Positions 1 to 10,381 are shown, counted from the stretch's first letter. The stretch: 64,000 bases of DNA from Roseivirga sp. UBA6052 (GCA_002427755.1 DIYO01000007.1:6633-70632); one strand, 5' to 3'. Made by a program: numbers and translations. The notes: a model not told the origin generated them from the sequence alone.

Positions 1-1206
1 GGAAAGCTGTGGTCGCTTATCTCCTCCTCGAGTCTCAACCGCCCTACTCAACTGAGAAAGTGCCAATACGGGAACGTCCAACTCTTTTGCTAGGTTCTTC
101 AATGAGCGAGAGATGGAAGCGATTTCCTGTTCACGGTTACCGGATCCTCCTCCACTCTTAGAAGAATCTCCAGACATTAGCTGTAGGTAGTCGATGACAA
201 CTAGCTGAATGTCATGTTGTTGTTTTAACCTTCTACACTTAGCTCTTAATTCTAAGATCGAAAGTCCTGGGGTGTCATCTATAAATATGGGGGCTTTGGT
301 CAAATTTGCCGTTTTATGGACTAGCTGAGTCCATTCGTGTTCTGCAAGTGTTCCTTTCTTAATTTTTTCACTCTCCAGTTCAGCCTCTCCAGAAATCAAT
401 CTGTTTACTAGCTGAACCGATGACATCTCTAAAGAGAATATGGCGCAGGCCATGTTATGATCTACCGCAGCATTCCTTAAAGCTGAAACTACAAAAGCAG
501 TTTTACCCATACCTGGACGGGCTGCGATAATGACAAGGTCAGATTTTTGCCAACCGGAAGTCACACGATCGAGATTTGTAAATCCAGAAGGAATTCCTGT
601 TAAACCATCTTTATGGTCCTTTCTGGTTTGAATTTCTTCGAGAGCAGTAGCCATAATGTTCTTCATGCTATCATACTCTTTTCGAATGTTATTTTCTGAA
701 ACCTCGAAGAGGGCTTGCTCCATTCTGTCTAGCAAGCGGAATACATCAGTAGTATCTTCAAAAGCGTCCTTCTGAATCTCAGAAGAAATTCTAATCAATT
801 CTCTTTTGATAGACTGCTCCACAATGATACGCGCATGGTATTCAATATTGGCCGCAGAACTTACCTTATTAGTGAGCTGCGTGATGTAATACGGCCCACC
901 AACCAATTCAATCTTACCTGCCTTGCGCAAATGAGCAGTTACAGTAAGAATATCAATGGGCTCCGAAGCTTGAAAGAGATCATATATCGCTTGATAAATT
1001 TCTTTATGGGCCTCTTTGTAAAAAGAATCAGGACGAAGAATATCAATCACATTAGTGAGCGCATCCTTTTCCAACATCAGAGCACCTAACACTGCCTCTT
1101 CTAAGTCTGTAGCCTGAGGAGGCAACTTACCCAACTGGGTAGCCTGATCTCCTAAGTTTCTAGACTTGTATCCGAGCCTTAGTGCTGCTGATTTTCCTTT
1201 TTCCAT
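1..1206 (-). CDS. dnaB: Replicative DNA helicase DnaB (5' part; runs off the window start)
   Basis: Manual minus-strand translation from ATG 1206: MEKGK...LGKLPPQATDLEEAVLGALMLEKDAL..., Walker A IIAARPGMGKTAF, and LSQLSRAVETRGGDKRPQLS at the window edge. Not in the ORF track because it has no stop in the window. Confidence 0.97.
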   Translation of the reverse strand, partial: MEKGKSAALRLGYKSRNLGDQATQLGKLPPQATDLEEAVLGALMLEKDALTNVIDILRPDSFYKEAHKEIYQAIYDLFQASEPIDILTVTAHLRKAGKIELVGGPYYITQLTNKVSSAANIEYHARIIVEQSIKRELIRISSEIQKDAFEDTTDVFRLLDRMEQALFEVSENNIRKEYDSMKNIMATALEEIQTRKDHKDGLTGIPSGFTNLDRVTSGWQKSDLVIIAARPGMGKTAFVVSALRNAAVDHNMACAIFSLEMSSVQLVNRLISGEAELESEKIKKGTLAEHEWTQLVHKTANLTKAPIFIDDTPGLSILELRAKCRRLKQQHDIQLVVIDYLQLMSGDSSKSGGGSGNREQEIASISRSLKNLAKELDVPVLALSQLSRAVETRGGDKRPQLS

Positions 1207-1270
1207 AACAACAAATGTATCTTGATTTATTGACCTGAGAACTATGCTCAAGCCTTAAGTTTTACAATAG

Positions 1271-1608
1271 TTTTCCCCCGTGTTTTCAACACTTACCCAC
1301 AGCATAAAATCTGTTTGGAGTCAAAAATATTTTAGTTTTCCACACACTTTATCAACGAATCTAAATAGAAGGTTATCAACCACTTACAAATCCATGAATA
1401 GATAAAAGAAACTATCATTCAATAGAGATGACCGACTTATTAACGTCTGAGATCCAATAAAATGTGTATTTGATTAGTAAATGATGGCGTTCAGATACAA
1501 AGCTAAGAAATTGACTAATTGAAAAACCAATCAATGACATGAATCATAATAGATATATTCTAAGTCACACACCATCATCGAGTTATAAAACGCATTGAGT
1601 TTTCCACA
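1271..1608. promoter_or_regulatory. DnaA-box cluster (candidate oriC or DnaA-regulated dnaB promoter)
   Basis: TTTTCCACA at 1336-1344 and 1600-1608 match TTWTNCACA. Near matches: TTTTCAACA 1283, TTACCCACA 1293, TTATCAACG 1349, TTATCAACC 1373. All lie in a 525-bp AT-rich divergent intergenic region. Confidence 0.55.
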
Positions 1609-1731
1609 TGAATTTGTTTTATAGGCTTAAATCTTAAGGCTTAAAAGAGATGGGTGTAAGCATAGAAGAAACCGAGCAAAAGTGTAGTTTTGACAAGACC
1701 CAAATTATCTACTTTTCGAACAGCTTGCTTT

Positions 1732-2538
1732 ATGAAACTCAATCTTAAAAACCCTCTCGTTTTTTTCGATCTAGAAACAACAGGAATTAATATCTCTCAA
1801 GACAGAATAGTTGAGTTAGCTATGCTGAAAGTGATGCCCAATGGCACCACTGAAAAAAAGGTACACTTGGTTAATCCTACTGTCCCTATCCCTGAAGAAG
1901 CTGCTATGATTCACGGTATTAGAGATGAGGCCGTAAAAGACAAACCCACGTTTAAAGAGTTAGCAAAAAACTTGGCCAAGTTCTTAGAAGGTTGTGACCT
2001 TGGTGGCTATAATATCGTACGTTTTGATGTACCACTCCTTGTTGAGGAATTCCTTAGAGCCGATGTTGATTTTGAAGTGAGCCAACGCAAGTTAATTGAT
2101 GCACAACGCATCTTCTTCTTAATGGAGAAGCGGACCCTCTCAGCTGCTTATAAATTCTATTGCGACAAAGAATTGCTTGGGGCACATGGTGCCGAAGCCG
2201 ACAATGATGCGACCTACGAGGTATTCAAAGCTCAAATAGAAAGATACAATGGTCAAGATGCTACTGACACAGGTGGTAAGCCTATTGGTAAGATTGAAAA
2301 TGATATGGCGAGTATTCATAATCTGGTAGCCTCAAATATGGTAGACCTTGCCGGAAGATTGGTCTTGAATGACAAAGGCATTGAAGTCTTCAACTTTGGT
2401 AAGCATAAGGGTAAACCTGTGGGTGATGTGTTTAAAAGGGAGCCTGGTTATTATGACTGGATGATGCAAGGTGACTTCCCTCTCGACACCAAGCGAAAAT
2501 TGACTCAGATTAAGCTGAGGAATTTCCAACTTGGTTAG
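1732..2538 (+). CDS. DEDDh 3'-5' exonuclease (DnaQ/epsilon-like) with ExoX-like C-terminal domain
   Basis: FFDLETTG, YNIVRFD and AHGAEAD motifs; C-terminal FGKHKGKPV...YYDWM. ATG 1732 preferred to TTG 1690. Confidence 0.9.
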   Translation: MKLNLKNPLVFFDLETTGINISQDRIVELAMLKVMPNGTTEKKVHLVNPTVPIPEEAAMIHGIRDEAVKDKPTFKELAKNLAKFLEGCDLGGYNIVRFDVPLLVEEFLRADVDFEVSQRKLIDAQRIFFLMEKRTLSAAYKFYCDKELLGAHGAEADNDATYEVFKAQIERYNGQDATDTGGKPIGKIENDMASIHNLVASNMVDLAGRLVLNDKGIEVFNFGKHKGKPVGDVFKREPGYYDWMMQGDFPLDTKRKLTQIKLRNFQLG

Positions 2539-2619
2539 ATCTAAAATGGACTCTTTGAAATCATTTTAAATGAGTTCTCACGATTGTGAAGCCCGAAGCA
2601 TTTTCCTAATTTATGGTAA

Positions 2620-3411
2620 ATGTCAAATCTTAAACTGAACACCTCCTATAAGCATCATTTCGCCTGTGCCGTTATTCTTGGTATATGGTTAGCAGCTTTC
2701 CTAGTACTAATAGCTCCATTTGATGTAGCAGATGTGCCGTTCAAGACTAGACTCGTTGAAATGCCATTTTACGGATTAATGACCATTGTTGGTTATATGG
2801 CATTGATTCCTATTCAAAACCGTGTAAATACTTATTTCCAACGCTGGACGCTTGGCTTTGAAGTAGCCTTTTTTATAGCTATGAGCTTGATAATGCTCGT
2901 GGGTTGTTTTGCCTATTACAAGTCTTGGGTAATCAATGGTGATTACAGTCTTTACAAATTCACATTCGAAGTATACTATCCAATTTACTTTATCATATTA
3001 CCGATCATGGTTTTCGTAAGATGGCACTTGAATCGGCAACCAGCCCCAACACCGGCAAGGAAGATTATGCTCATGGGCGACTATAAACAAGACATCTTAC
3101 AAGTTGATGAGGACGAACTGATTTGTATTTCGAGTGCCGATAATTATGTTGAAGTAGTATATAAATCGAGTGGAGATATAAACAGATTGCTGCTAAGGTC
3201 AACGCTTAAGCAAATTCATGAACAAGCGCCCATTTTGGTTAAAGTCCATCGCTCACACATTATTAATCCTTTGCATTTTATTGCATGGAAGGATTCGAAC
3301 ACCATAATTGTTACCGGAATGGAGATTCCTGTATCTAAAGGATACAAACACAACCTAGATGAAATCCATCAATCGTCCCTAAATCAGCAAGGTTTATCCC
3401 TGAATACTTGA
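2620..3411 (+). CDS. Membrane-embedded LytTR-domain transcriptional regulator
   Basis: About four hydrophobic segments, then LytTR motifs (ICISSADNYVEV, RSTLK, KVHRSHIIN, IPVSKGYK). Confidence 0.85.
   Translation: MSNLKLNTSYKHHFACAVILGIWLAAFLVLIAPFDVADVPFKTRLVEMPFYGLMTIVGYMALIPIQNRVNTYFQRWTLGFEVAFFIAMSLIMLVGCFAYYKSWVINGDYSLYKFTFEVYYPIYFIILPIMVFVRWHLNRQPAPTPARKIMLMGDYKQDILQVDEDELICISSADNYVEVVYKSSGDINRLLLRSTLKQIHEQAPILVKVHRSHIINPLHFIAWKDSNTIIVTGMEIPVSKGYKHNLDEIHQSSLNQQGLSLNT
3373..3405 (+). promoter_or_regulatory. Putative LytTR-binding direct repeat
   Basis: TCGTCCCTAAAT (3373) and TTATCCCTGAAT (3394) at 21-bp period, just upstream of the serine hydrolase gene. Confidence 0.55.
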
Positions 3412-3469
3412 TTCAAGCCATTATAGATTGTTTTTTGTTCATGTTTGTTAAAAGTCAAATCGCAACAGA

Positions 3470-4534
3470 ATGAAAAAGATTTTCGTATTAACCCTCATCC
3501 TTCTGGGCCAATCTCTCAAGGCTCAAAATGAAAAAGCTCAAATCATTTTAAACGAGTTGATAACGGAAAACAACATTATTGGTACGGCTGGAGGTTATAC
3601 ACAAAATGGAGAAATTGGTTGGATCGGGCAGGCTGGATTTGCTGATCAAAATAAAAAAACGCCTTTCACGGGAACTACCTTAAATAGAATTGCCTCCATA
3701 GCAAAACCCATGACAGCTATAGCCATTATGCAATTGGTGGAACAGGGTAAGATTGATTTAGATGTTCCCATTCAAACCTATATACCCGATTACCCTAAAC
3801 AAGAGAAAACTCAAATCACTACAAGACATCTTCTCTCCCACACCTCAGGCATAGGAGGATACCAAGGTGGAAAAGAAACAGAAACTACTGTTGCGTATAA
3901 AACTCTCACTGACGCCCTTTCGATATTCAAAGATCGAGATTTACTATTTGAACCAGGAACTAGGTATAGCTACACCACTTACGGATATACGGTCTTGGGT
4001 GTAATAATAGAACGAGTCAGCGGCCAATCTTTCGAAGACTTTATGCAGGAATACATTTGGGATAAAGCTAAGATGGTCAACACCGGAGTTGAGAAGTTTG
4101 GGCAGAAAAAAGCAAACCAATCCAGTATCTATCACAGAAACCGAAAAGGTAAGACTAAAGAAGCCAAAGAGAATAATCTAAGTAATCGTATTCCAGGAGG
4201 TGGACTTTACACAACCGTAGAAGATATGCTCAAATTTGGAAATGCTGTAATCAACAATGTGTTTGTAACCGAAGAAACAATGAACCTAATGCGAGAACAT
4301 CACAGCTTGGAAAAAGAGCGAAATGCTTATGGCTTTGGTTGGTTCCTATATAATCCAAAGCCTAATGAAGGTGCCATTATTGGGCACAGTGGAGCACAAA
4401 CAGGTGCATCTAATCAATTAATGATTATTCCTGAAAAGAAATTCGTGGCCGTAATCCTAAGTAATACTTCGGGTGCGTTTCAAGCGGTTACTCCTGCTAC
4501 ATTCAAGCTTTATGGCATTGCAACTTCAAACTAG
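3470..4534 (+). CDS. Exported serine hydrolase, beta-lactamase class C/PBP family
   Basis: Signal peptide; SxxK (SIAK), LLSHTSG, YSYTTYGY, HSG. Confidence 0.9.
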   Translation: MKKIFVLTLILLGQSLKAQNEKAQIILNELITENNIIGTAGGYTQNGEIGWIGQAGFADQNKKTPFTGTTLNRIASIAKPMTAIAIMQLVEQGKIDLDVPIQTYIPDYPKQEKTQITTRHLLSHTSGIGGYQGGKETETTVAYKTLTDALSIFKDRDLLFEPGTRYSYTTYGYTVLGVIIERVSGQSFEDFMQEYIWDKAKMVNTGVEKFGQKKANQSSIYHRNRKGKTKEAKENNLSNRIPGGGLYTTVEDMLKFGNAVINNVFVTEETMNLMREHHSLEKERNAYGFGWFLYNPKPNEGAIIGHSGAQTGASNQLMIIPEKKFVAVILSNTSGAFQAVTPATFKLYGIATSN

Positions 4535-4537
4535 ATT

Positions 4538-5374
4538 TTACTTTCCTGCATTGTAATACTCCAATGCCTTTGGCATAGCAGCATTTAAGCGTTCAATCCT
4601 CGTTTCGTGAGAAGGGTGCGTAGATAAAAACTCAGGTGGTCTTTGTCCACTGCTACCTGATGACATACGTTCCCAAAACGCTGGAGCAACTGACGGATCG
4701 TAACCAGCCATAGCCATAAAGTATAGGCCCATTTCATCTGCTTCCGATTCATGCAATCTAGAGTATTTGAGTAAAGCGATGTCTGTACCTAATCCAGCAG
4801 CCTGAAAGATAATTCTTTGGGTGGTGGAAGGGTTTTGGCCAAGTGCAACTGCGCCAACAGTTAATCCTAAATTCTTAGTAAAGCTTTGATTTACACGTTC
4901 GTATCCGTGTCTAGCAATAGCGTGAGCCACTTCATGCCCCATAACTACTGCAACCCCTTGTTCATCTTTACAAATTGGTAGAATGCCTGTATAGAAAGCC
5001 ACCTTACCTCCAGACATAGCCCATGCATTCACTAAGGTATCATTATCGATAAGATTAAATTCCCACTCAAAGCCAGCTAAAAATTCACTTTGGCCTGCTT
5101 CTGTTAAGTGCTTTTCTACCGCCTTCTGTATTCTTGTTCCAGTTCTTTGAATTAGCCCAACTTTATCAACATCATTAGAAAGTGGTAAGGAATCCATTAA
5201 AACTTTGTATGCTTCAGCGCTGTACTGAACAACCTGTTCGTTAGAGGGTGCTCCCAAACCGAAAGTCTTTTGCTTTCTACCGGTAAGCGGAATTGTTGTT
5301 GTAGTGCAAGCTGTAAAAAGTGCGATTAGTGAAAGCGCAAACAGAGACTTAACCTTTGACGACACTGATTTCAT
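4538..5374 (-). CDS. M48 family zinc metallopeptidase (lipoprotein-like)
   Basis: NAWAMSGG, HEVAH (HExxH), ESEAD, FLSTHP; lipobox-like FTAC. ATG 5374 preferred. Confidence 0.9.
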   Translation of the reverse strand: MKSVSSKVKSLFALSLIALFTACTTTTIPLTGRKQKTFGLGAPSNEQVVQYSAEAYKVLMDSLPLSNDVDKVGLIQRTGTRIQKAVEKHLTEAGQSEFLAGFEWEFNLIDNDTLVNAWAMSGGKVAFYTGILPICKDEQGVAVVMGHEVAHAIARHGYERVNQSFTKNLGLTVGAVALGQNPSTTQRIIFQAAGLGTDIALLKYSRLHESEADEMGLYFMAMAGYDPSVAPAFWERMSSGSSGQRPPEFLSTHPSHETRIERLNAAMPKALEYYNAGK

Positions 5375-5491
5375 TTTAATGTTCAATTTTATCACTCTAA
5401 TTTGATTAATCTTTACCCGTAGTCAAAAGTCCTTTGGGATTTAATTATGATATCAATTAATTAGAAGTCTTAGTTCCCAAAACACCCTCTA

Positions 5492-6100
5492 ATGAAGATT
5501 ATTGCCATAGGCAGAAATTATGCTGCCCATATTGCAGAATTAAATAATGAAAGACCGAGCGAACCGGTTATTTTCATGAAACCCGACACGGCTGTACTTA
5601 GAAACAATGCGCCTTTTTATCATCCTGACTTTTCAAAAGACATACACTTTGAAGTAGAGATACTTTTGAAAATTGATAGAGAAGGAAAATACATTGATCA
5701 GAAGTTCGCTCACAAATATTACAATGAAATTGGCATTGGTGTAGACTTTACAGCACGTGACATTCAGGCCAAATGCAAGGAGAAAGGATTGCCTTGGGAG
5801 AAGGCTAAAGGTTTTAATGGCTCAGCCCCTATTTCTGCTTTTCTGCCAAAAGAAGAATTTGATCTGAGTAATCTTGATTTCTCACTGAAACAGAACGGAG
5901 AAATCAAGCAAGAAGGTAACACAAGCTTGATGCTGTGGAATTTTGACGAAATCATCAGCTATGTTTCTCAGTTTTTTACGTTAAAGAAGGGTGACATCAT
6001 TTTCACGGGAACTCCTGCCGGAGTTGGCCCTATAGTTGTAGGCGATGTATTGGAGGCGTATATTCAGGAAGAGAAATTATTAACGGTTGAGATTAAGTAG
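5492..6100 (+). CDS. Fumarylacetoacetate hydrolase family protein
   Basis: KIIAIGRNYAAH, FEVE, DFTARD, IFTGTPAGVG. Confidence 0.93.
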   Translation: MKIIAIGRNYAAHIAELNNERPSEPVIFMKPDTAVLRNNAPFYHPDFSKDIHFEVEILLKIDREGKYIDQKFAHKYYNEIGIGVDFTARDIQAKCKEKGLPWEKAKGFNGSAPISAFLPKEEFDLSNLDFSLKQNGEIKQEGNTSLMLWNFDEIISYVSQFFTLKKGDIIFTGTPAGVGPIVVGDVLEAYIQEEKLLTVEIK

Positions 6101-7979
6101 TCTTTTAGTTCTTTTATTGGTAGGTCAGTTGGTTTTCGCTCAATATGATGCGATTGAGCCCGACTATTATCAATTCCCTATTCAGCCCGATAAAATCAAT
6201 TACCTAAGTGGTAATATGGGAGAACTAAGAGCCTCTCATTTCCATGCTGGTCTTGATATCAAAACACAGGGTAAAGAGGGTTTGTCTGTTTACGCAGCTG
6301 CAGATGGTTGGGTAAGTCGGATTAGAATAGGTACAGGTGGTTATGGTAACTGCCTATACATACAGCATCCTAATGGTACTACAACAGTCTACGCCCACCT
6401 TCAAAGATTCAACGAAGATTTAGCACAATATGCTTTAGAGGAGCAATACAAGAGAAAATCTTTCTCTGTGAATCTGTTTCCAAAAAGAAACCAATTACAA
6501 ATCAAGAAAGGCCAAGTCATTGGTTTATCTGGTAATACGGGATCATCCACCGGTCCTCATTTGCATTTCGAAATAAGGGGCGCTCGACAAGAAGTACTCG
6601 ACCCATTAAGAATCGGTTTTAAAGAAATTGAAGATGATATAGCACCAGAAGCTGGTCTTCTCGCCATCAAAACAATGAATCTAGATTCGCGTGTAAATGA
6701 TCAATTCGGACGATTTGAATTCAAATTAGAAAGAGAAGGAAACTCCTACACGGTTCCAGATACTATTTTGGCAATTGGCAAAATCGGACTCGAACTTTAC
6801 ACTTATGACAAATTGAATGGCGCACCTAATAGAAACGGAGTACCTATCATTGAAATGTCAGTCAACGACCAAATTCACTTTGACCTAGAAATTGATTCAA
6901 TCCTCTTTTCACAGCAAAAGAGCGTCTTGATTCATACCAACTATAAGGCACAAAGAGAGAGCAGAAGAAGATTTAACAAGCTTTACGTAGATGACGGCAA
7001 CAAATTAGGCTTCTATCAAAAAGCTGTGAACAATGGCTTTATTTACGTAGAAGAAGATGAAATCAAAACGATTAATCTACAACTAGAAGATGCCTATGGC
7101 AACGAGAGCAAGGTAAGTCTAGTCATCAAAGGCACAACAAAAAAAGAAGAGCTCAGTAGAGCAATTTTCCCAAAAGAAAATGGCCAAGTCATAGACAACA
7201 CATTAGTGCTAAGCTATGTAAGAGATAGTTTGAAAAATAAGCTCACTATCTATAATCAAGAGGGCTCTTACATAAAGTCCCCTGATTACTTTAATGAATC
7301 AGTGAACATTTATCTACTAGACTTAAGAAAGGGGCTCCCCAAGAATGTAGTATTCTCTGATGGCACGAAAGTTCCGCTGAACTTTACGGCAAAAATACCG
7401 GCTGGAATTAATCATTCCGTTTTAAATGATACCTACTCCTTGAAGTTTACCAAGAATAGTCTTTTTGACACCATTTACGTGAGAACAGATCATTACCTAG
7501 ACAGTCATGATAGTGAAATCATAGAAATCAAAGACGACTTATATCCCTTAAAAGGACCAATAACCTTTGAGTTTGAAAGTTTGGTAGAAAGAGACAGTTT
7601 GGAATTCTATCAGGTATATAAACTAAACCGCAGAGGACAACCTTCATTTGCAGGTGGTGGGTTCTCTGATGGCTTATTCAAATTCAACACTTCATCATTC
7701 GGCAAATTCACACTTCTAAGAGATGAAGTACCTCCTACGATTAAACAAATCAGCAGAAGAGATGATATTATTTCCTTTAGAATAAGGGATGCCCTCTCAG
7801 GAATTAATAAATTCGAAGCCAAGTTGAATGGGGAGTGGATTCTAATGAACTACGAACCCAAAAGAAACTTAATCTGGTCGGAACGATTAGACAAAAACAA
7901 ACCTTTACGTGGTGAGTTTGAATTGAAGGTATTAGACAATGCCGGAAATGAATCAAACTTTACACTAAAAATAGAATAG
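6087..7979 (+). CDS. M23 family metallopeptidase with long C-terminal extension
   Basis: Signal peptide; HAGLD (HxxxD), YAHL, GPHLHFE (HxH). Confidence 0.88.
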   Translation: MRLSSLLVLLLVGQLVFAQYDAIEPDYYQFPIQPDKINYLSGNMGELRASHFHAGLDIKTQGKEGLSVYAAADGWVSRIRIGTGGYGNCLYIQHPNGTTTVYAHLQRFNEDLAQYALEEQYKRKSFSVNLFPKRNQLQIKKGQVIGLSGNTGSSTGPHLHFEIRGARQEVLDPLRIGFKEIEDDIAPEAGLLAIKTMNLDSRVNDQFGRFEFKLEREGNSYTVPDTILAIGKIGLELYTYDKLNGAPNRNGVPIIEMSVNDQIHFDLEIDSILFSQQKSVLIHTNYKAQRESRRRFNKLYVDDGNKLGFYQKAVNNGFIYVEEDEIKTINLQLEDAYGNESKVSLVIKGTTKKEELSRAIFPKENGQVIDNTLVLSYVRDSLKNKLTIYNQEGSYIKSPDYFNESVNIYLLDLRKGLPKNVVFSDGTKVPLNFTAKIPAGINHSVLNDTYSLKFTKNSLFDTIYVRTDHYLDSHDSEIIEIKDDLYPLKGPITFEFESLVERDSLEFYQVYKLNRRGQPSFAGGGFSDGLFKFNTSSFGKFTLLRDEVPPTIKQISRRDDIISFRIRDALSGINKFEAKLNGEWILMNYEPKRNLIWSERLDKNKPLRGEFELKVLDNAGNESNFTLKIE

Positions 7980-7982
7980 AAA

Positions 7983-8432
7983 ATGGCTTTACAAGTAGGT
8001 GACAAAGCACCAGCTTTCGAAGGAATTGATCAAGACAGCAATCCTATCAAACTATCAGACTTCTCAGGTAAAAAACTAGTATTGTACTTCTACCCTAAGG
8101 ATAACACTCCAGGATGTACTGCGCAAGCCTGTAACTTAAGAGACAATTATGACGCCCTATTAAAGGCAGGCTATGCAGTTGTTGGTATCAGTTCAGACTC
8201 TGCCAAGAAACACCAGAATTTCATTAACAAATTCGAACTGCCCTTCCCTCTTATTGCAGACGAAGACAAGAGCATTCATGAGCAATTCGGAACTTGGGTA
8301 GAAAAGTCTATGTATGGTAAAACCTATATGGGTACAGCAAGGACTACCTTCGTGATAGATGAGAGTGGCGTAATTGAAGAAATTATCGGTAAGGTGAAAA
8401 CAAAAGACCATACCGCCCAAATCTTAAAATAA
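7983..8432 (+). CDS. bcp: Thioredoxin-dependent thiol peroxidase (BCP/PrxQ)
   Basis: LYFYPKDNTPGCTAQAC (PxxxTxxC, CxxxxC), RTTFVID. Confidence 0.95.
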   Translation: MALQVGDKAPAFEGIDQDSNPIKLSDFSGKKLVLYFYPKDNTPGCTAQACNLRDNYDALLKAGYAVVGISSDSAKKHQNFINKFELPFPLIADEDKSIHEQFGTWVEKSMYGKTYMGTARTTFVIDESGVIEEIIGKVKTKDHTAQILK

Positions 8433-8444
8433 AATCAAACTAAC

Positions 8445-9293
8445 GTGAGTAAACCAAGTATTCAAGAGCTAGAGCGCATTGCTTCTCAAGTAAGAAGAGA
8501 CATCGTGCGTATGGTTCATGCAGTCAATTCAGGGCACCCTGGTGGGTCTCTGGGCTGTACAGATTTTTTTGTAGCGCTTTACTTTTCTCAAATGAATAGA
8601 AAAGAAGGCTTTGATATGGATGGTTTGAATGAAGACATCTTCTTCCTTTCTAACGGTCACATCTCTCCTGTTTTTTATAGCGTGCTAGCTAGAGCTGGTT
8701 ATTTTGAGGTAGCAGAGCTAAGTACTTTTAGAAAGCTTGATTCTAGACTTCAAGGGCACCCTGCTACTGAAGAAGGACTGCCTGGAATTAGAATTGCTTC
8801 TGGTTCACTTGGCCAAGGTCTTTCTGTTGCCAATGGTGCCGCACAAGCCAAAAAACTCAATGGCGAGGATAACTTGGTTTACATCTTAATGGGCGATGGT
8901 GAATTAGAAGAAGGTCAGGTATGGGAAGCAGCCATGTATGCTGCCCACCATAAGATCGACAATCTCATTGCTACCGTAGACTTTAATGGCCAGCAGATCG
9001 ATGGCCCGACAGAAGAGGTAATGTCTTTAGGTGATCTAAGAGGCAAATGGGAAGCTTTCGGTTGGGAAGTGATGGAAAGCAATGGTAACGATATGGCTGA
9101 AATCAATGCTGGCATCGAAAAGGCCAAATCACTAGCAGGCAATGGCAAACCAGTAATGAACTTAATGAAGACCGAGATGGGCTTTGGAGTTGATTTTATG
9201 GTGGGCACTCACAAATGGCATGGTGTAGCTCCTAACGTTGAGCAATTAGCCGATGCTTTAGGTCAATTGGAAGAAACTTTAGGAGATTATTAA
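8445..9293 (+). CDS. Transketolase, N-terminal (TPP-binding) subunit
   Basis: SGHPGGSLG, LQGHP, SGSLGQG, GDGELEEG...N TPP motif. Confidence 0.95.
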   Translation: MSKPSIQELERIASQVRRDIVRMVHAVNSGHPGGSLGCTDFFVALYFSQMNRKEGFDMDGLNEDIFFLSNGHISPVFYSVLARAGYFEVAELSTFRKLDSRLQGHPATEEGLPGIRIASGSLGQGLSVANGAAQAKKLNGEDNLVYILMGDGELEEGQVWEAAMYAAHHKIDNLIATVDFNGQQIDGPTEEVMSLGDLRGKWEAFGWEVMESNGNDMAEINAGIEKAKSLAGNGKPVMNLMKTEMGFGVDFMVGTHKWHGVAPNVEQLADALGQLEETLGDY

Positions 9294-9303
9294 AACCGGA
9301 ACA

Positions 9304-10257
9304 ATGACAAAATTCACTTATACAGAGAAGCAAGATACTCGTTCTGGTTTTGGAGCTGGTTTAGCAGAATTAGGGAGAACTAATCCTAATGTGGTAGCAT
9401 TATGTGCTGACTTAGTAGGCTCATTAAAGATGCAGGAATTCATTAAAGAAAATCCTGAGAGATTCTTTCAAGTGGGTATTGCTGAAGCAAATATGATGGG
9501 TATTGCCGCAGGATTAACCATAGGTGGTAAGGTCCCTTTTACAGGAACCTTTGCTAATTTTTCTACAGGAAGAGTATATGACCAGATCCGTCAATCTATC
9601 GCCTATTCTGAGAAGAATGTAAAGATTTGTGCCTCTCACGCAGGCCTAACGCTAGGAGAAGATGGTGCTACACACCAGATTCTTGAAGATGTAGGCATGA
9701 TGAAGATGTTGCCAAATATGACAGTAATCAACCCTTGTGATTACAATCAAACCAAGGCGGCAACAATTGCTATCGCGGAGCATCATGGGCCTGTTTACCT
9801 AAGGTTTGGTAGACCCAAGATGCCAATCTTCACTCCTGCAGATCAGAAGTTCGAAATTGGTAAAGCCCTTAAACTTATCGAAGGAACTGATGTAACCATC
9901 TTTGCTACAGGTCACTTGGTCTGGGAAGCTATAGAAGCCGAGGCTGCATTAGCTGAGCAAGGAATTAGTGCTGAAGTGATTAACATACATACGATAAAGC
10001 CACTAGATGTTGAAGCCATTTTAGAGTCAGCAGCAAAGACTGGTTGTGTGGTTACTGCAGAAGAACATCAAATGAATGGAGGTTTGGGAGATAGTGTTGC
10101 TCAAACGCTAGCATTGAACAATCCAACTCCTCTTGAAATGGTTGCGGTAAACGACCAGTTTGGAGAAAGTGGTACACCTGCTCAACTCATGAAAAAGTAC
10201 GGCATAGATGCTGAAAACATCATTAAAGCAGTGCATCGCGTCATGAAAAGAAAGTAA
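9304..10257 (+). CDS. Transketolase, C-terminal subunit
   Basis: GIAEANMMG, GEDGATHQ, YLRFGR, TIKPLD. Confidence 0.95.
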   Translation: MTKFTYTEKQDTRSGFGAGLAELGRTNPNVVALCADLVGSLKMQEFIKENPERFFQVGIAEANMMGIAAGLTIGGKVPFTGTFANFSTGRVYDQIRQSIAYSEKNVKICASHAGLTLGEDGATHQILEDVGMMKMLPNMTVINPCDYNQTKAATIAIAEHHGPVYLRFGRPKMPIFTPADQKFEIGKALKLIEGTDVTIFATGHLVWEAIEAEAALAEQGISAEVINIHTIKPLDVEAILESAAKTGCVVTAEEHQMNGGLGDSVAQTLALNNPTPLEMVAVNDQFGESGTPAQLMKKYGIDAENIIKAVHRVMKRK

Positions 10258-10261
10258 ATTT

Positions 10262-10288
10262 AAGCCCGGCCAATTAGCCGGGTTTTTT
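10262..10288 (+). terminator. Rho-independent terminator
   Basis: GCCCGGC-CAATTA-GCCGGGT followed by a T-run, after the transketolase operon. Confidence 0.85.
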
Positions 10289-10381
10289 GTTGGCTCATCC
10301 TGTGAGAGGCTCCAATCCTCGAAACTCGGGCAATACAAGTGCATTGTTTATGATCTTTGTAATACCTAAACAACAGGAACC

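Noticed and set aside
835-1089. 84-aa plus-strand ORF from the track
   Set aside because: It is an antisense shadow of dnaB, which occupies 1-1206 on the minus strand.
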